A model generated the notes under the pieces. That model ran no database searches and had not been told where the DNA came from. It worked only from the letters and a program-made list of their open reading frames with translations. A stretch of DNA of 64,000 nt from a virus (taxonomy: Duplodnaviria; Caudoviricetes): IMG/VR virus record IMGVR_UViG_3300031949_001696, one strand, 5' to 3'. Of the stretch, positions 9,682 through 19,449 are shown in pieces. Made by a program: the position numbers and the translations under genes. Within the stretch, counting starts at the first letter, position 1, and every line of letters starts with the position of its first letter.

Positions 9682-10049
9682 GACGCCACCTCCGCCAGCG
9701 CTGTCTCGGCGGCAGCGATCACTTCCATCACGTTGGCACCCGTCACCTTCCACTCGGACACGTGGCCGCACAGATCGAGCCCGGACGAACCCAGACGGTG
9801 ACCTTGGCCGAAGTAGCCGTCCTTGCCGGTGAGCGTGCCGAGGAAGTAGCGAGAAGCGAACTGGCCGAGTCCGGGCGTGAACCGCGGATCGTTCTCCAGG
9901 GACGCGTCCCAGAACTCGATGAGGGGCTCGTTCCGGTCATGGACGAGGACGTCGTCGAGGCCGTAGCAGTCACCCTTGCGCACGAGGCGCACATTGAACG
10001 CATAGCCGACGCTGTTGACGACACGCGCGATGATCATCGGAGTCTTCAT
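9678..10049 (-). CDS. Hypothetical protein, paralog of the 8015-9004 N-domain
   Basis: AFNVRLVRKGDCYG...EPLIEFWDA...DPRFTPGLGQF. Confidence 0.65.
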   Translation of the reverse strand: MKTPMIIARVVNSVGYAFNVRLVRKGDCYGLDDVLVHDRNEPLIEFWDASLENDPRFTPGLGQFASRYFLGTLTGKDGYFGQGHRLGSSGLDLCGHVSEWKVTGANVMEVIAAAETALAEVAS

Positions 10050-10267
10050 TGATTGGGCTCCCACTGCATGCCGCACGGGACGAGTCCGGCGGCGTCGAAG
10101 TCTTCGGGGTACGGCTTGGCATCATCGAAGCTCCACTCGTCTGGTGGAACGCGTGCGACGCACAGAAGCGTGAGATCGGGGGACTTCGCCCGTTCGCCGT
10201 TGCCCTGGATGAGCTGCGTGTTGGTGTTGCCGCAGTGCGGGCACTTCGCGCGAGTCGGGTGCTTCAT
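10046..10267 (-). CDS. Small Cys-rich (CPHCG) protein
   Basis: Coupled ORF. Confidence 0.55.
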   Translation of the reverse strand: MKHPTRAKCPHCGNTNTQLIQGNGERAKSPDLTLLCVARVPPDEWSFDDAKPYPEDFDAAGLVPCGMQWEPNQ

Positions 10268-10698
10268 CGGTTCGCCATTTCCTCTGCGAGATGCAGCACC
10301 GCGTTGTCAGCGGCGTCCGTCGCAATCCTGACGCGTTCGGAGGTTGGATCTCCGAGAGCCTCGGCTTGACCTTCCAGGTTGTGATCGCGATCCGGGTAGC
10401 TCGGTGGTGTTGCGGACAGCACGCGTACATAGACGGCGGCCCAGACAGCATCGAGGCGCGTTTGGGGCATCTTTGCCTTCTTCACGACCGAGGTCCGCGG
10501 TAACACGACCGGTTTACTTGCAAGGGCCGCCTTGATCGCTCGGCGTTCGGCCTCTTCCGCACCGGCCTTGGATGGGGAGAGGTCGTGGTATGGCCCGGGA
10601 ATTCCCGGCGTTCCGAACACGCGCCGTTTCCCGTCGGGAAAATGGAGGATGGTTCTAAAAAACCATTGTCCAGTTCGCGCGTCGCGTCTGACGGGCAT
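10264..10698 (-). CDS. Protein with integrase arm-binding-like N-terminal domain, no catalytic domain
   Basis: MPVRRD...WFFR...PDGKRRVFGTP...KAGAEEAERRAI resembles phage integrase N-termini. Confidence 0.5.
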   Translation of the reverse strand: MPVRRDARTGQWFFRTILHFPDGKRRVFGTPGIPGPYHDLSPSKAGAEEAERRAIKAALASKPVVLPRTSVVKKAKMPQTRLDAVWAAVYVRVLSATPPSYPDRDHNLEGQAEALGDPTSERVRIATDAADNAVLHLAEEMANR

Positions 10699-10743
10699 GT
10701 TACTGCCGTTCCTGTGCGCTCTGCGCTGGCGGCGTCTTGGTTT

Positions 10744-11199
10744 TCATCGCGGCACTGCCTTGTCGATGGCGTACTTCGCGATGTTCATGAGCTGACGGAT
10801 GGTGTTCGCACGGTCGGCGTTGGGCACCGACCACTCGATCACGCCCTCGTACGACGAGCGCTGGATCAGCTCCTGCGCGTTCGAGAGTGTACCCATCGCG
10901 TACATCGCGATGTCGCGCGGGTCCTTACCAGCGAGAGCTTCGTCGATCGCGACGGTGGTGCAGCCGAACATCTCGCGCTGGCGTGCTTCCTGGGCCGTGA
11001 CCGGCTCGTTAGCCAGCGTTTGGACCGACTCCTGGAACTTCTTCCAGAACGTGTCGCTGAGCATCGAGGGGAGGTTGGGAGCTTCGAGCGCGTCGAGCAG
11101 CTCGTGCGCGCGCGGCGCGTCGTCGCTGCTTTCCAGGTACGTGGCGACAAGCTCGCGTAGCTCACGGAGCGCGGCGCTGCGATCGATGACTTTCTTCAC
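10744..11199 (-). CDS. Hypothetical protein
   Basis: ORF from VKKVIDRS. Confidence 0.55.
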   Translation of the reverse strand: MKKVIDRSAALRELRELVATYLESSDDAPRAHELLDALEAPNLPSMLSDTFWKKFQESVQTLANEPVTAQEARQREMFGCTTVAIDEALAGKDPRDIAMYAMGTLSNAQELIQRSSYEGVIEWSVPNADRANTIRQLMNIAKYAIDKAVPR

Positions 11200-11599
11200 G
11201 ACAGCTTTTCCTTGGAGGGGTTGCGGATGAAATCGATCGCCTTGCGCGCACACTGGTCGGCCAGCGCGCCCAACGCGTTCGAAGGCTTCAGATCGTCGCC
11301 CGTATAGAAAACGGACCTTCCCAGTCGAGATCCGACGACCGGAAGCCGACCTGCTGGAGCAACGCGACGTCGGTACGTGTCCAACAGGGGCACTGGCAGT
11401 TGTTGCAGATGCCAAGCTCGTGACCCTCGGGGCGCGCGACTTCTTCAGTGCGGTTCATCGCGGCCACGACTTGGAGGTGCTTCGGGTAGTGCTGCGCGCG
11501 TGGACTGTTCTTGAGCCCAGCGTAGTCGCACTCGACGCACAAGACCTGCGCCCATGGTGTCCACACACCATTGCGCGCCTTCGTCGGCTCTGCGGACAC
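11196..11599 (-). pseudogene. Hypothetical Cys-rich gene with frameshift/deletion near 11305
   Basis: N-part 11599-11288; C-part FYTGDDLKP...KEKLS* in another frame overlapping next start. Confidence 0.4.
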
Positions 11600-11600
11600 G

Positions 11601-11930
11601 TTACTTGACCTCCGTCGACGTCGACGCCGACGCCCATGGGATCGGGTGCTTCGCGTAGCCGACGAGCACGTCCTCGGTCGCCTGGATGTAGCCACGCCAG
11701 TGTGCGATCACGCGATCGGCCGAGCTGAGCTTGGCGTCGAGGCTGTGCTCGCCGAAGCGCCCACCCTTGAACACGACGCGATCGCTTTCCAGCACCGCGT
11801 AGAGCCGAACAGTGCGCTTGCCGATCTGCATCCAGCTCCACATGAGGCCGCGGTCATCGACCGTGACCAGGGTGTCGAGACCGTCGATGCCGATGTTGCG
11901 GAGGCTGATGCGGGGATCCGTGAAGCTCAT
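11601..11930 (-). CDS. Hypothetical protein
   Basis: ORF in array. Confidence 0.55.
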   Translation of the reverse strand: MSFTDPRISLRNIGIDGLDTLVTVDDRGLMWSWMQIGKRTVRLYAVLESDRVVFKGGRFGEHSLDAKLSSADRVIAHWRGYIQATEDVLVGYAKHPIPWASASTSTEVK

Positions 11931-12084
11931 GGCATTTGTTCAGAGCAGCTCGCGTGCCGGCCGCGCGTTCGTATAAAGGTGCGACGGGAAACTCTGGGTA
12001 GCTCCATACCCGTCTCTGGCCGACAGCTGTCGCACTGAGCTCGTGGCGCTCGAGACACGGGTAGCAGATCACCCAGGGCGCAGG

Positions 12085-12333
12085 TCATTCTTCATCGAGT
12101 CCTTCGAACGGTTCCGTTCGCAGCACGCAGCCGTTGGGATGTTTCGCAAAGAATGCTCCAAAGGCCAGCCACCATGCAGGTGGCACCTCATGTTCGTTGG
12201 GATACTTCGCAGGATGTGCCAGCGACCACCATTCGGGCACGGGATCTCGCGGCTCGTAGCGCGCGTAGACGCTTGTGACGGCCTCGAACATTTCACGGCT
12301 GGTCTTCCACTTTAGTTCGTGTTGCAAAGCCAT
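12085..12333 (-). CDS. Hypothetical protein
   Basis: ORF in array. Confidence 0.45.
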   Translation of the reverse strand: MALQHELKWKTSREMFEAVTSVYARYEPRDPVPEWWSLAHPAKYPNEHEVPPAWWLAFGAFFAKHPNGCVLRTEPFEGLDEE

Positions 12334-12352
12334 GTTCTATCGTCCAGCCTTT

Positions 12353-13027
12353 CTAGTCCTCGACCCATCGCCGGAGCAGGTTGGTGTGCGTCTTGGACAA
12401 CAGATCGACCTCCGGCGTCTTGCCGAGCTGCTTGGCCAGTCGGTGATGAGCGGTTCGGAGGTCGAAGATGATCTCGCGCTTCGCGGCGTCGCGCACGAGG
12501 CTGCGGATCCACGTCACCGCGGCCAGGCGCGTTCCCCTCGTGATTTCTTCGACTCGGTGGAGCGCGGTCGCTGGATAGAGGACCGCGCTGCCGGGCGGCA
12601 GCTTGATCGAGCGCTCGCCGGTCGGGAAGTCGATCACGAGCTGCCCGCCGTCGTAGTCGGCCGGATCGGACAGGAACAGGGTGAGCGCGAGGTCGACGCG
12701 CATGTCGCCCATGAGCGCGTTGTCCATGTGCGTGCCGTAGCTCATGCCGAGCGTGTAGCGGGAGAACAGCGGCGGATGGATCTCTTTAGGCTGCGCCGCG
12801 GCCATGAAGAGGCCGTGGTCCCAGAGCAGGTCTTCGAGGAAGTCCTGCATCTTCTCGAGCTGCGGATCGCAGTTGTCTGGATCGTCGCTGACCTGCTCGT
12901 TACGTTTGACCTTGGCGGCGTTTCCACCCGCGGTGGCGCGGCCGTCCTCGAAGGTGGCCTCGGCCAGCCAGCCGCGAAGGCGGGCGACGGTGGCTTCGTC
13001 GATCAGGTTCTCGATGAGGGTCAGCAT
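12353..13027 (-). CDS. PKHD-type Fe(II)/2-oxoglutarate hydroxylase (PiuC/YbiX family)
   Basis: DGRATAG...VKRNEQ, PPLFSRY, YGTHMDNA (HxD), YDGGQL, LHRVEEITRGTR, C-terminal NLLRRW. Confidence 0.9.
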   Translation of the reverse strand: MLTLIENLIDEATVARLRGWLAEATFEDGRATAGGNAAKVKRNEQVSDDPDNCDPQLEKMQDFLEDLLWDHGLFMAAAQPKEIHPPLFSRYTLGMSYGTHMDNALMGDMRVDLALTLFLSDPADYDGGQLVIDFPTGERSIKLPPGSAVLYPATALHRVEEITRGTRLAAVTWIRSLVRDAAKREIIFDLRTAHHRLAKQLGKTPEVDLLSKTHTNLLRRWVED

Positions 13028-13038
13028 GGGACCTTTCG

Positions 13039-13425
13039 TCAGGCGACGGCGCCCTTGATAGCGATCACGAGCGAGCACAGGTGATCCGCTGGGATGTTTT
13101 TCGTTACGAGCGCCGGGACTGCCGCTTGGCAGGAACGGATCGTGCTGGATCGATCGTTGCCCAGAGCCGTCGGTGAGAGTCGGACCTGGATCGTGGCGGT
13201 TCGCACGCTGGCCGCTCCGCGGACCATCCGCCGAAGCGCCCCGCCTGGCTTCTTGATCTCGATCTTGGTCAGCAGGCCCTGGTCCTTCGACACGTGCTCG
13301 GTGATGAGGGCTTCGAGCGCCTGCTGGATGCGATCGATGGTGGTGTCTCGATCGTACGCGTCCGTCGCGCCTGGCGTGCCGCCGCTCTTGCTGGAGATGA
13401 TCGAGACGCTTAGTAATAAGTTCAC
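13039..13425 (-). CDS. Hypothetical protein
   Basis: AGGAG RBS; ORF. Confidence 0.5.
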   Translation of the reverse strand: MNLLLSVSIISSKSGGTPGATDAYDRDTTIDRIQQALEALITEHVSKDQGLLTKIEIKKPGGALRRMVRGAASVRTATIQVRLSPTALGNDRSSTIRSCQAAVPALVTKNIPADHLCSLVIAIKGAVA

Positions 13426-13436
13426 GGCAGGATCTC

Positions 13437-13850
13437 CTAGTGCCCTGGTGCGAAGGGTCTGCGATCACCGACGCGCAGCTGCTCGTCGATCTCGTGCTTG
13501 TAGATCTCGCGCACGATGTGCCGCACGAAGTCCGCGGCGTTCTCGGCGTGGAAGGCCGGCAGCCTGTAGCGCGCAGTGAGGGGTACGGGGAAGCCTTCTG
13601 CGATCCTGATCGGGATCTTGTTCGGCTCTGCGGGGGTCTGTGTCTCGGGAGCGGGCGAAACGTAGGGAACGATCACTTCGACAATGACGTGGTCGCCGTC
13701 CGGGCGAAACGTGACTGGTAGCGCGCCGCCAACGCGCACCGTGGGAAGGAAGGCTGCCCAGTGCGCGAGGTCGGCGGCAGTGAGCTTGGGATCTGCGTCG
13801 CGATCACGCGGTTCCGCGAGAGTCACGACTTCCGCATCTGGGGAGTTCAC
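13437..13850 (-). CDS. Hypothetical protein (HEIDE motif); truncated paralog at 19460-19660
   Basis: DLAHWAAFLPTVRVGGAL...VEVIVPYV shared. Confidence 0.6.
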   Translation of the reverse strand: MNSPDAEVVTLAEPRDRDADPKLTAADLAHWAAFLPTVRVGGALPVTFRPDGDHVIVEVIVPYVSPAPETQTPAEPNKIPIRIAEGFPVPLTARYRLPAFHAENAADFVRHIVREIYKHEIDEQLRVGDRRPFAPGH

Positions 13851-13939
13851 GAAGGCGTCTCCGACTCGCACATCTTGTAGACGCGGCCCCATGCCGCTGT
13901 CCGCTGTCAGCGCGCGCGCACGGGTACCATTCCAGGTCA

Positions 13940-15469
13940 TTACGCGCCTTTCTGAGCAGTGCGCGGAGCCAATCGCGCTCGGCCATAAAGCAGTCTCTCA
14001 ATAGCCGCGCTAATGGCTAGTTTGTCTTTCTGCCAGTTACGAACGGTGTCAGGAGACACGGCCAGAAGATCAGCGGCAGCTGAGATACTCGCGCCATGAA
14101 ACGTCGGGCTCGCTGCGGACCGAGCTGCGCGCAGGATGCTGCGCACGCATTCTTTGTCTCCGCATGACTTTCGTTTCGCGAAGACGCACGGACTGTCGCC
14201 GTCCCGTGGTTCAAGCAGCACACTACAGCCTGGACATCGGCGCCCATCAACAAGCTTCGTGGTGGTTCGTACCAGAGAGGCGTATTTGCTCGCACATGTC
14301 CCTTCACCACAGGTCTTTCGCCCTACGAAGTTTTCTAGCCTTTCCCCGGCCCTCCGCTCAATAAGCTCATCACAGATTGGACAGTGCCTCGCGACAACCA
14401 CGGTGACGGCTCTTTTGAGCGCGCTTGCTTTGGTCGCGCAGCCTGCTTTCATGCCGCACGTCTTCCGCCTCATGAAAACGCACGGCGTTTCGCCGCCTTT
14501 TCGTTTGAGTGGTTTCGTACAGCTCGGGCAGCACCGCCCTGCGATAACCTTCGTAGTCGTCTGGAGGTTGCTTGCGCATTTTTGGCCGCACGTCGAGCGC
14601 TTCGCGAATTCGTATAGCGGTTCGCCCTCTTTCCGCTCGAGCAACTTCTTGCAACTCGGGCGTGGGCAGCGACGCCCCGCGACGATCTTCGTCGTGGTGC
14701 GTACCATAGACTTGTACTTGCTCACGCACGCCTTATCACAGCACGTGGCGCGTTTGGAAAACCACGTCAGGCTTTCCCAGGCCCTCCGCTCAAGCACCGC
14801 GTCACAGCTTGGACAACAGCGTCCCGCAACAACCTTCACGGCGGGTTTTTGTGCGGCAACCCACGCAAAAGCGCACTTACGACTGCACGTCTTTCGCTTC
14901 ACGAACCTGTGCTGCGCTTCGCCTTCCTTCTGCTTGAGCGTTTTTCTACAACTCGGACTCGGACAGCGGCGACCGGTAACGACCTTCGTAGTCGTCCTGA
15001 ACTTGCTCAGGCACTCGTCTCGGCCGCACGTCTTCCGCTTCGCGAATGACCACGTCTTCTCACCCTCTTTTTGCCTGAGCAGCTTCTTGCAGCTCGGACA
15101 GCGGCGTCCAACGACGATCTTCGTCGTGGTCCTCACCGCGGACAAGAGTTTGGCCCCGCAGCCCTCTTTATTATGGCCGCACGTCTTCCGCTTCGCGAAC
15201 GCAGACAGTGACTCGGCCTTTTTTTGCTTGAGCAGCTTCTTACAACTCAGGCAACGGCGACCGACGACGATCTCGGTGACAATTCTTTTCGCCGCGCCAA
15301 GCTGATAGACGCACGTGCGATCGCACGTCTTTCTTTTTGCGAAGTCACACGGCTTCTCTCCGTTTTTGCGCTTGAGCTTCTTCTTGCAGCTCTCACAACG
15401 GCGCCCTGTGACATCCTTCGTAGCGATCAGTGGCGCAGTGAGCTTGGAGCGGAGGGAGGAGAGCTTCAC
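13940..15469 (-). CDS. Tandem Cys4 zinc-finger repeat protein (9 repeats of ~48 aa) with C-terminal HTH
   Basis: Repeat TTKxVxGRRCPSCxKxLxxKxGE-xxxx-FAKRKTCG..C; GGAGG RBS before GTG 15469. Confidence 0.8.
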   Translation of the reverse strand: MKLSSLRSKLTAPLIATKDVTGRRCESCKKKLKRKNGEKPCDFAKRKTCDRTCVYQLGAAKRIVTEIVVGRRCLSCKKLLKQKKAESLSAFAKRKTCGHNKEGCGAKLLSAVRTTTKIVVGRRCPSCKKLLRQKEGEKTWSFAKRKTCGRDECLSKFRTTTKVVTGRRCPSPSCRKTLKQKEGEAQHRFVKRKTCSRKCAFAWVAAQKPAVKVVAGRCCPSCDAVLERRAWESLTWFSKRATCCDKACVSKYKSMVRTTTKIVAGRRCPRPSCKKLLERKEGEPLYEFAKRSTCGQKCASNLQTTTKVIAGRCCPSCTKPLKRKGGETPCVFMRRKTCGMKAGCATKASALKRAVTVVVARHCPICDELIERRAGERLENFVGRKTCGEGTCASKYASLVRTTTKLVDGRRCPGCSVLLEPRDGDSPCVFAKRKSCGDKECVRSILRAARSAASPTFHGASISAAADLLAVSPDTVRNWQKDKLAISAAIERLLYGRARLAPRTAQKGA

Positions 15470-15551
15470 ACGCCCTCCCAAAGCTCGGCGATCTGCCTCG
15501 CGGTGAGTACGGCGGCGCGTTTCACGAACTCGCCACCAAAGCCATTCCAGC

Positions 15552-17054
15552 TCACCGCACACCTTCTTGAGTGGTGCGCGGAGTCGGGCGTGCTCGATTA
15601 CAAAGGTCTTTCGGCTGGAGGGACTTCTCGATAGCCGTGTCGATAGTCATTCCACAGCTCCGCCAATTATGAATCGTAGAGCTTGTCACACCTAGAAGTG
15701 CAGCGGCAGCTGAGACGTCCGTCCCATGAAACAGTTTCTTATACTGACACTCTTCATCTCGACATAACTTTCGTTTTGCGAAACTGCTCGCGCTCTCGTT
15801 ATTCCGTTGTTCAAGCAGCTTTCTACATCTCAGGCATCGCCGCCCAGCGATGACCTTTGTAGTGGTGCGCACCCTGGATTTATTCTTACGAACGCATACT
15901 TCATCACCGCACGTCGCTCGTTTTGCAAAAGCACTCGGACTTTCCCCGGCGCTCTGCTCAAGAAGCTCAGCGCAGATTGGACAACGGCGCCCTGCGACGA
16001 TCTTCGTGGTAGTTGTGTGTGCCGCTCCCAGCAGGACGGCACACTCACCGCCGCATGTCTTTCGTGCCGCGAATGCACTTGGCGCCTCCCCCTTTCTTGG
16101 TTTGAGTAGCTTCGTACAACTCGGACAGCGGCGCCCGACGACAACCTTCGTGGTCGTCAGGAACCTATACACACATCGTTTTTTACCGCACGTTTTCCGC
16201 ACAGCGAACGCGGCTACGGGCTCGCCCTCTTTTCGCTTGAGCGACTTCCTACAACTCGGACAGCTTCTCCCTGCGACGACCTTCGTGGTGGTCAGCACTT
16301 CGGCCAAGTGTTTTGCTGCGCAGCCCGCTTTCTTGCCGCACGTCTTTCGACTCAAAAAGTCATTCCGTGACTCTCCTTCTCTTCGCTTCAATGCTTTTTT
16401 GCAGCCGGGTGCCAGACAAAAACGCGCTGGATCGCTCTTCGCCCAGGTCGCGGATAGCAGGCTGCCATAACATTTCTCCCCGCACGTCTTCCGTCCCGCG
16501 AAGGCGTTTAGCGCCTCGCTCTTTCTTCGCTTGAGCAGCTTCCTACAACTCGGACAGCGTCGCCGCGTGACGGTGCGAACAACTCCGCCGCTGTGAATGA
16601 CATGTTGGTGCCAGCTCACGCACTTCTTTCGACCACACGTCTTCCGTCTTGCAAATGAGCTTAGCGACTCGCCTTTTTTTCGCTTGAGCAGCTGCTTACA
16701 ACTTGGGCAACGTCGCCCCGCGACGACCTTGATGGTGGTCCTTGTCGCCTTGCTAAGTTTTGCCGCACAGCCTGCTTTATGACCGCACGTCTTCCGCCGC
16801 GCGAAGAAAAAAGGCGATTCGCTCTCCTTTCGCTCAAGCACTTTGTCGCAGATCCGACAACAACGCCCCGCGACGATCTTGGTAATGAACCTTTTCGCCA
16901 TGCCCAGTAGGGCCGCACAGCCCGCTTTCTTACCGCACGTCTTCCGACTTGCGAAGTTACCGAGCTGCTCTCCCTCCTTCCGCTTGAGCACCTTGCCGCA
17001 GACCAGGCAACGACGCCCTGCGACGATCTTGAAGGAAGAGCGTTGCGCCATCAT
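15552..17054 (-). CDS. Tandem Cys4 zinc-finger repeat protein (9 repeats) with C-terminal HTH, paralog of 13940-15469
   Basis: Same repeat; ends FHGTDVSAAAALLGVTSSTIHNW. Confidence 0.8.
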   Translation of the reverse strand: MMAQRSSFKIVAGRRCLVCGKVLKRKEGEQLGNFASRKTCGKKAGCAALLGMAKRFITKIVAGRCCRICDKVLERKESESPFFFARRKTCGHKAGCAAKLSKATRTTIKVVAGRRCPSCKQLLKRKKGESLSSFARRKTCGRKKCVSWHQHVIHSGGVVRTVTRRRCPSCRKLLKRRKSEALNAFAGRKTCGEKCYGSLLSATWAKSDPARFCLAPGCKKALKRREGESRNDFLSRKTCGKKAGCAAKHLAEVLTTTKVVAGRSCPSCRKSLKRKEGEPVAAFAVRKTCGKKRCVYRFLTTTKVVVGRRCPSCTKLLKPRKGEAPSAFAARKTCGGECAVLLGAAHTTTTKIVAGRRCPICAELLEQSAGESPSAFAKRATCGDEVCVRKNKSRVRTTTKVIAGRRCLRCRKLLEQRNNESASSFAKRKLCRDEECQYKKLFHGTDVSAAAALLGVTSSTIHNWRSCGMTIDTAIEKSLQPKDLCNRARPTPRTTQEGVR

Positions 17055-19207
17055 CGTGTCCTCGACCGCTCATTCCCGCGCCCTGCGCGATCGATGTGCT
17101 CGATCCACTCCGCGGGGATTTTACCTGCCTGCACGGCTTTCTCCGCACGCGCCCGTAGCTCCGCACGCCGCTCCTCAAACTGCTTCCAGTTCAACAGGAC
17201 GAGTTCGGCCTCCTGCTCCTCAAAGATCTGTCGCCGCGGCTTCCTCTCCGGCTGCTCAGCGCCGCAGTGTTTGCACTTGGTGCACGACCACGCGATCACC
17301 GCTGGACATCCGACACAGTCTTTGACGCGCGGTTCAACGTCTGCGTTAGGGCGCTCCCCCGCGCCATGCTCAAGAGACCATGGCCAATCTTCGCCGGGAA
17401 CGTGCAGAAGGCGCTCACAGTTTGCGCCGTGATCGAGCACGATCTTTTTGGTCGGTCCTTCTGCGCGTAGCACGCGGGCGATCATCTGCATGAATCTGGC
17501 GAGGCTCTTGGTGGGACGCGCGATGATGACTGCGCCGAGCTCTGGCAGATCCCAGCCCTCGCAAAGCACGTCGACGTTGCACAAGACTTCAAGCTCGCCG
17601 CGGCGAAACCTGCCGATGAGCCGTTCGCGCTCAGTCGCGTCTGTCTCACCGTCGAGATAAGCCGCCTTGATCCCAGCCTTCCTGAACTGCGCGGCGATCC
17701 TCTTCGCGTGCTGACGGGTCGCACCAAACACGAGCTTGCGAACACTCGGAGCCCACTTGATGGCCTCCTTGACGACGTGGCCGATCAGTAGCGGCCGATC
17801 CACCGCGCGACGGAGCGACGACGACGCGTAATCGCCGCCGATCGTCTTTGCACCTTTGAGACCCTTCGCGAGTGCTGCAATAATCTTGGCATCTGCATGG
17901 AGCGTGACAGGATCACGCAGGTAGCCGGCGGCATACAATTCGCTGGGCTTGGCGGCGACCTTCAGAACCTGAAAGAAGTCGCCGAGACCACGACCATCGA
18001 GACGGCACGGCGTGGCCGTCAAGCCGAGCGCGTCGGCACGCGGACACCTCGCCGCAATCGCCTGATACGAATCGGCCATCGCGCGGTGCGCCTCGTCGAA
18101 GACGATCAGGTCGATGTCTTCCGGCAGCTCACGGAGGCTGATCGTCTGCACGCTGCCGATCTGAACACGTGCGTCGAGGTCCACGTGCTCGGGGTAGAGC
18201 TGCTCGTACTTCGCACACTGGACGCCGCAGCGCACGCCAAGTTTCACGAGTCGAGCGCGCGCCTGACCGATCAGCTCAGTCCGATGGGCCAGCCAGAGCA
18301 CACCACGCCAACGCTTTGTCCGCGAAATGAGAAGTGACGCAATGACGGTTTTTCCAGATCCTCCGGGAGCGACCAGGAGAACGCGACGATCTTTCGCGAG
18401 CAGCGGGTCCAGCTCGACGACGGTGCGCTCCTGATACGGACGACGATCTAGTTCCTGTGAAATGCCTGCGGCAAGTCGAAAGGCCGCTACGCGTTCGGCA
18501 GGCAGCGCGTACGGTGAAGCAGCTGCTGGATAAGCACGGGAGGCGGCTAGATCATCTGTAGTGATCCGGGCGAACGCCGGTTGCATCACCGAAGACTTCT
18601 CGATGGAGCTATCGCGCCAGAGCGCCGCACACATCGGCATTCGATGTCCCGTATAAGCCAGGACGGACACGAGCCGATGATCTTGCGGGGTTCGCCTGTC
18701 AAGCAATTCCACGCGGCCCGCCAGTATCGGATCTGGGATCCCCCCGAATGTTCCGTGATCGTACTGCTCGACGACATCACGTCCATAAGAGAACGTGAGC
18801 ATGAAGACCCCACGACGAACGATCGCCGAGTAGACGTCAACCACATTCTCGACATCACGTGTGATCGAGCCGCAAAGATCCAAGTTGATCGCGTCAACCC
18901 CGTGCAGCTCCTTGAGCGGGGGTCTCTTGAAAAGATCGGCGTGCACAACTAGATCCGCTCCCGCCTTGGTCGCGGCCCGACAACATGCTGGGTCGCGATC
19001 GACGGCAATCACCACAGCCGTTGGCATGTGCCGACGAATGCATGCGATCTCTTCAGCCGGCTCGGGACCGGCAACCATAGCCAGCCGCCATTTGGCATGG
19101 TGGACTCTGTCCCGACGCCGAAGAAACGCTTTTACCGCGAGCCAGTGCTCTTCGCGGACAAAGCGCTTGGCATCGGTGCTCTTGGAAGCGTCAAACTTAC
19201 GAGTCAC
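17051..19207 (-). CDS. SF2 DEAH helicase (RadD/YejH-like) with N-terminal SAM-binding-like domain and C-terminal Zn ribbon
   Basis: RPYQ, APGGSGKT, FDEAH, TATP, LCEGWD, QMIARVLR, CxxC..CxxC; N-term VIAVDRD / DAINLDLCG. Confidence 0.85.
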   Translation of the reverse strand: MTRKFDASKSTDAKRFVREEHWLAVKAFLRRRDRVHHAKWRLAMVAGPEPAEEIACIRRHMPTAVVIAVDRDPACCRAATKAGADLVVHADLFKRPPLKELHGVDAINLDLCGSITRDVENVVDVYSAIVRRGVFMLTFSYGRDVVEQYDHGTFGGIPDPILAGRVELLDRRTPQDHRLVSVLAYTGHRMPMCAALWRDSSIEKSSVMQPAFARITTDDLAASRAYPAAASPYALPAERVAAFRLAAGISQELDRRPYQERTVVELDPLLAKDRRVLLVAPGGSGKTVIASLLISRTKRWRGVLWLAHRTELIGQARARLVKLGVRCGVQCAKYEQLYPEHVDLDARVQIGSVQTISLRELPEDIDLIVFDEAHRAMADSYQAIAARCPRADALGLTATPCRLDGRGLGDFFQVLKVAAKPSELYAAGYLRDPVTLHADAKIIAALAKGLKGAKTIGGDYASSSLRRAVDRPLLIGHVVKEAIKWAPSVRKLVFGATRQHAKRIAAQFRKAGIKAAYLDGETDATERERLIGRFRRGELEVLCNVDVLCEGWDLPELGAVIIARPTKSLARFMQMIARVLRAEGPTKKIVLDHGANCERLLHVPGEDWPWSLEHGAGERPNADVEPRVKDCVGCPAVIAWSCTKCKHCGAEQPERKPRRQIFEEQEAELVLLNWKQFEERRAELRARAEKAVQAGKIPAEWIEHIDRAGRGNERSRTR

Positions 19208-19242
19208 GCGACACTCTCGAATTGTTGGCCATGCGCGTCACT

Positions 19243-19419
19243 TCATTCCGCGCCCTTGAGGCTCTTGAGCCCGAGCACCACCATCTCGGTGGTGACGCTC
19301 GCAATCGTGTGCGGATAACCCCGCTCCTCGACAAGCTGCACGACTTGGCGATGCTGCTCGGGGTGTAGTCGCACGTACGTGACGATGCGGTCGTCGCGCT
19401 TCTTCTTTGCACGAGCCAT
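19243..19419 (-). CDS. 58-aa ribbon-helix-helix-like regulator
   Basis: Manual translation MARAKKKRDDRIVTYVRLHPEQHRQVVQLVEERG...; heads the helicase operon. Confidence 0.55.
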   Translation of the reverse strand: MARAKKKRDDRIVTYVRLHPEQHRQVVQLVEERGYPHTIASVTTEMVVLGLKSLKGAE

Positions 19420-19449
19420 GCGGAAGCTGTATCAGTGTTCTCGCGCGCT

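Noticed and set aside
13940-17054. DNA repeats as CRISPR or diversity-generating retroelement
   Set aside because: Repeats are in-frame coding units; no reverse transcriptase or template repeat seen.
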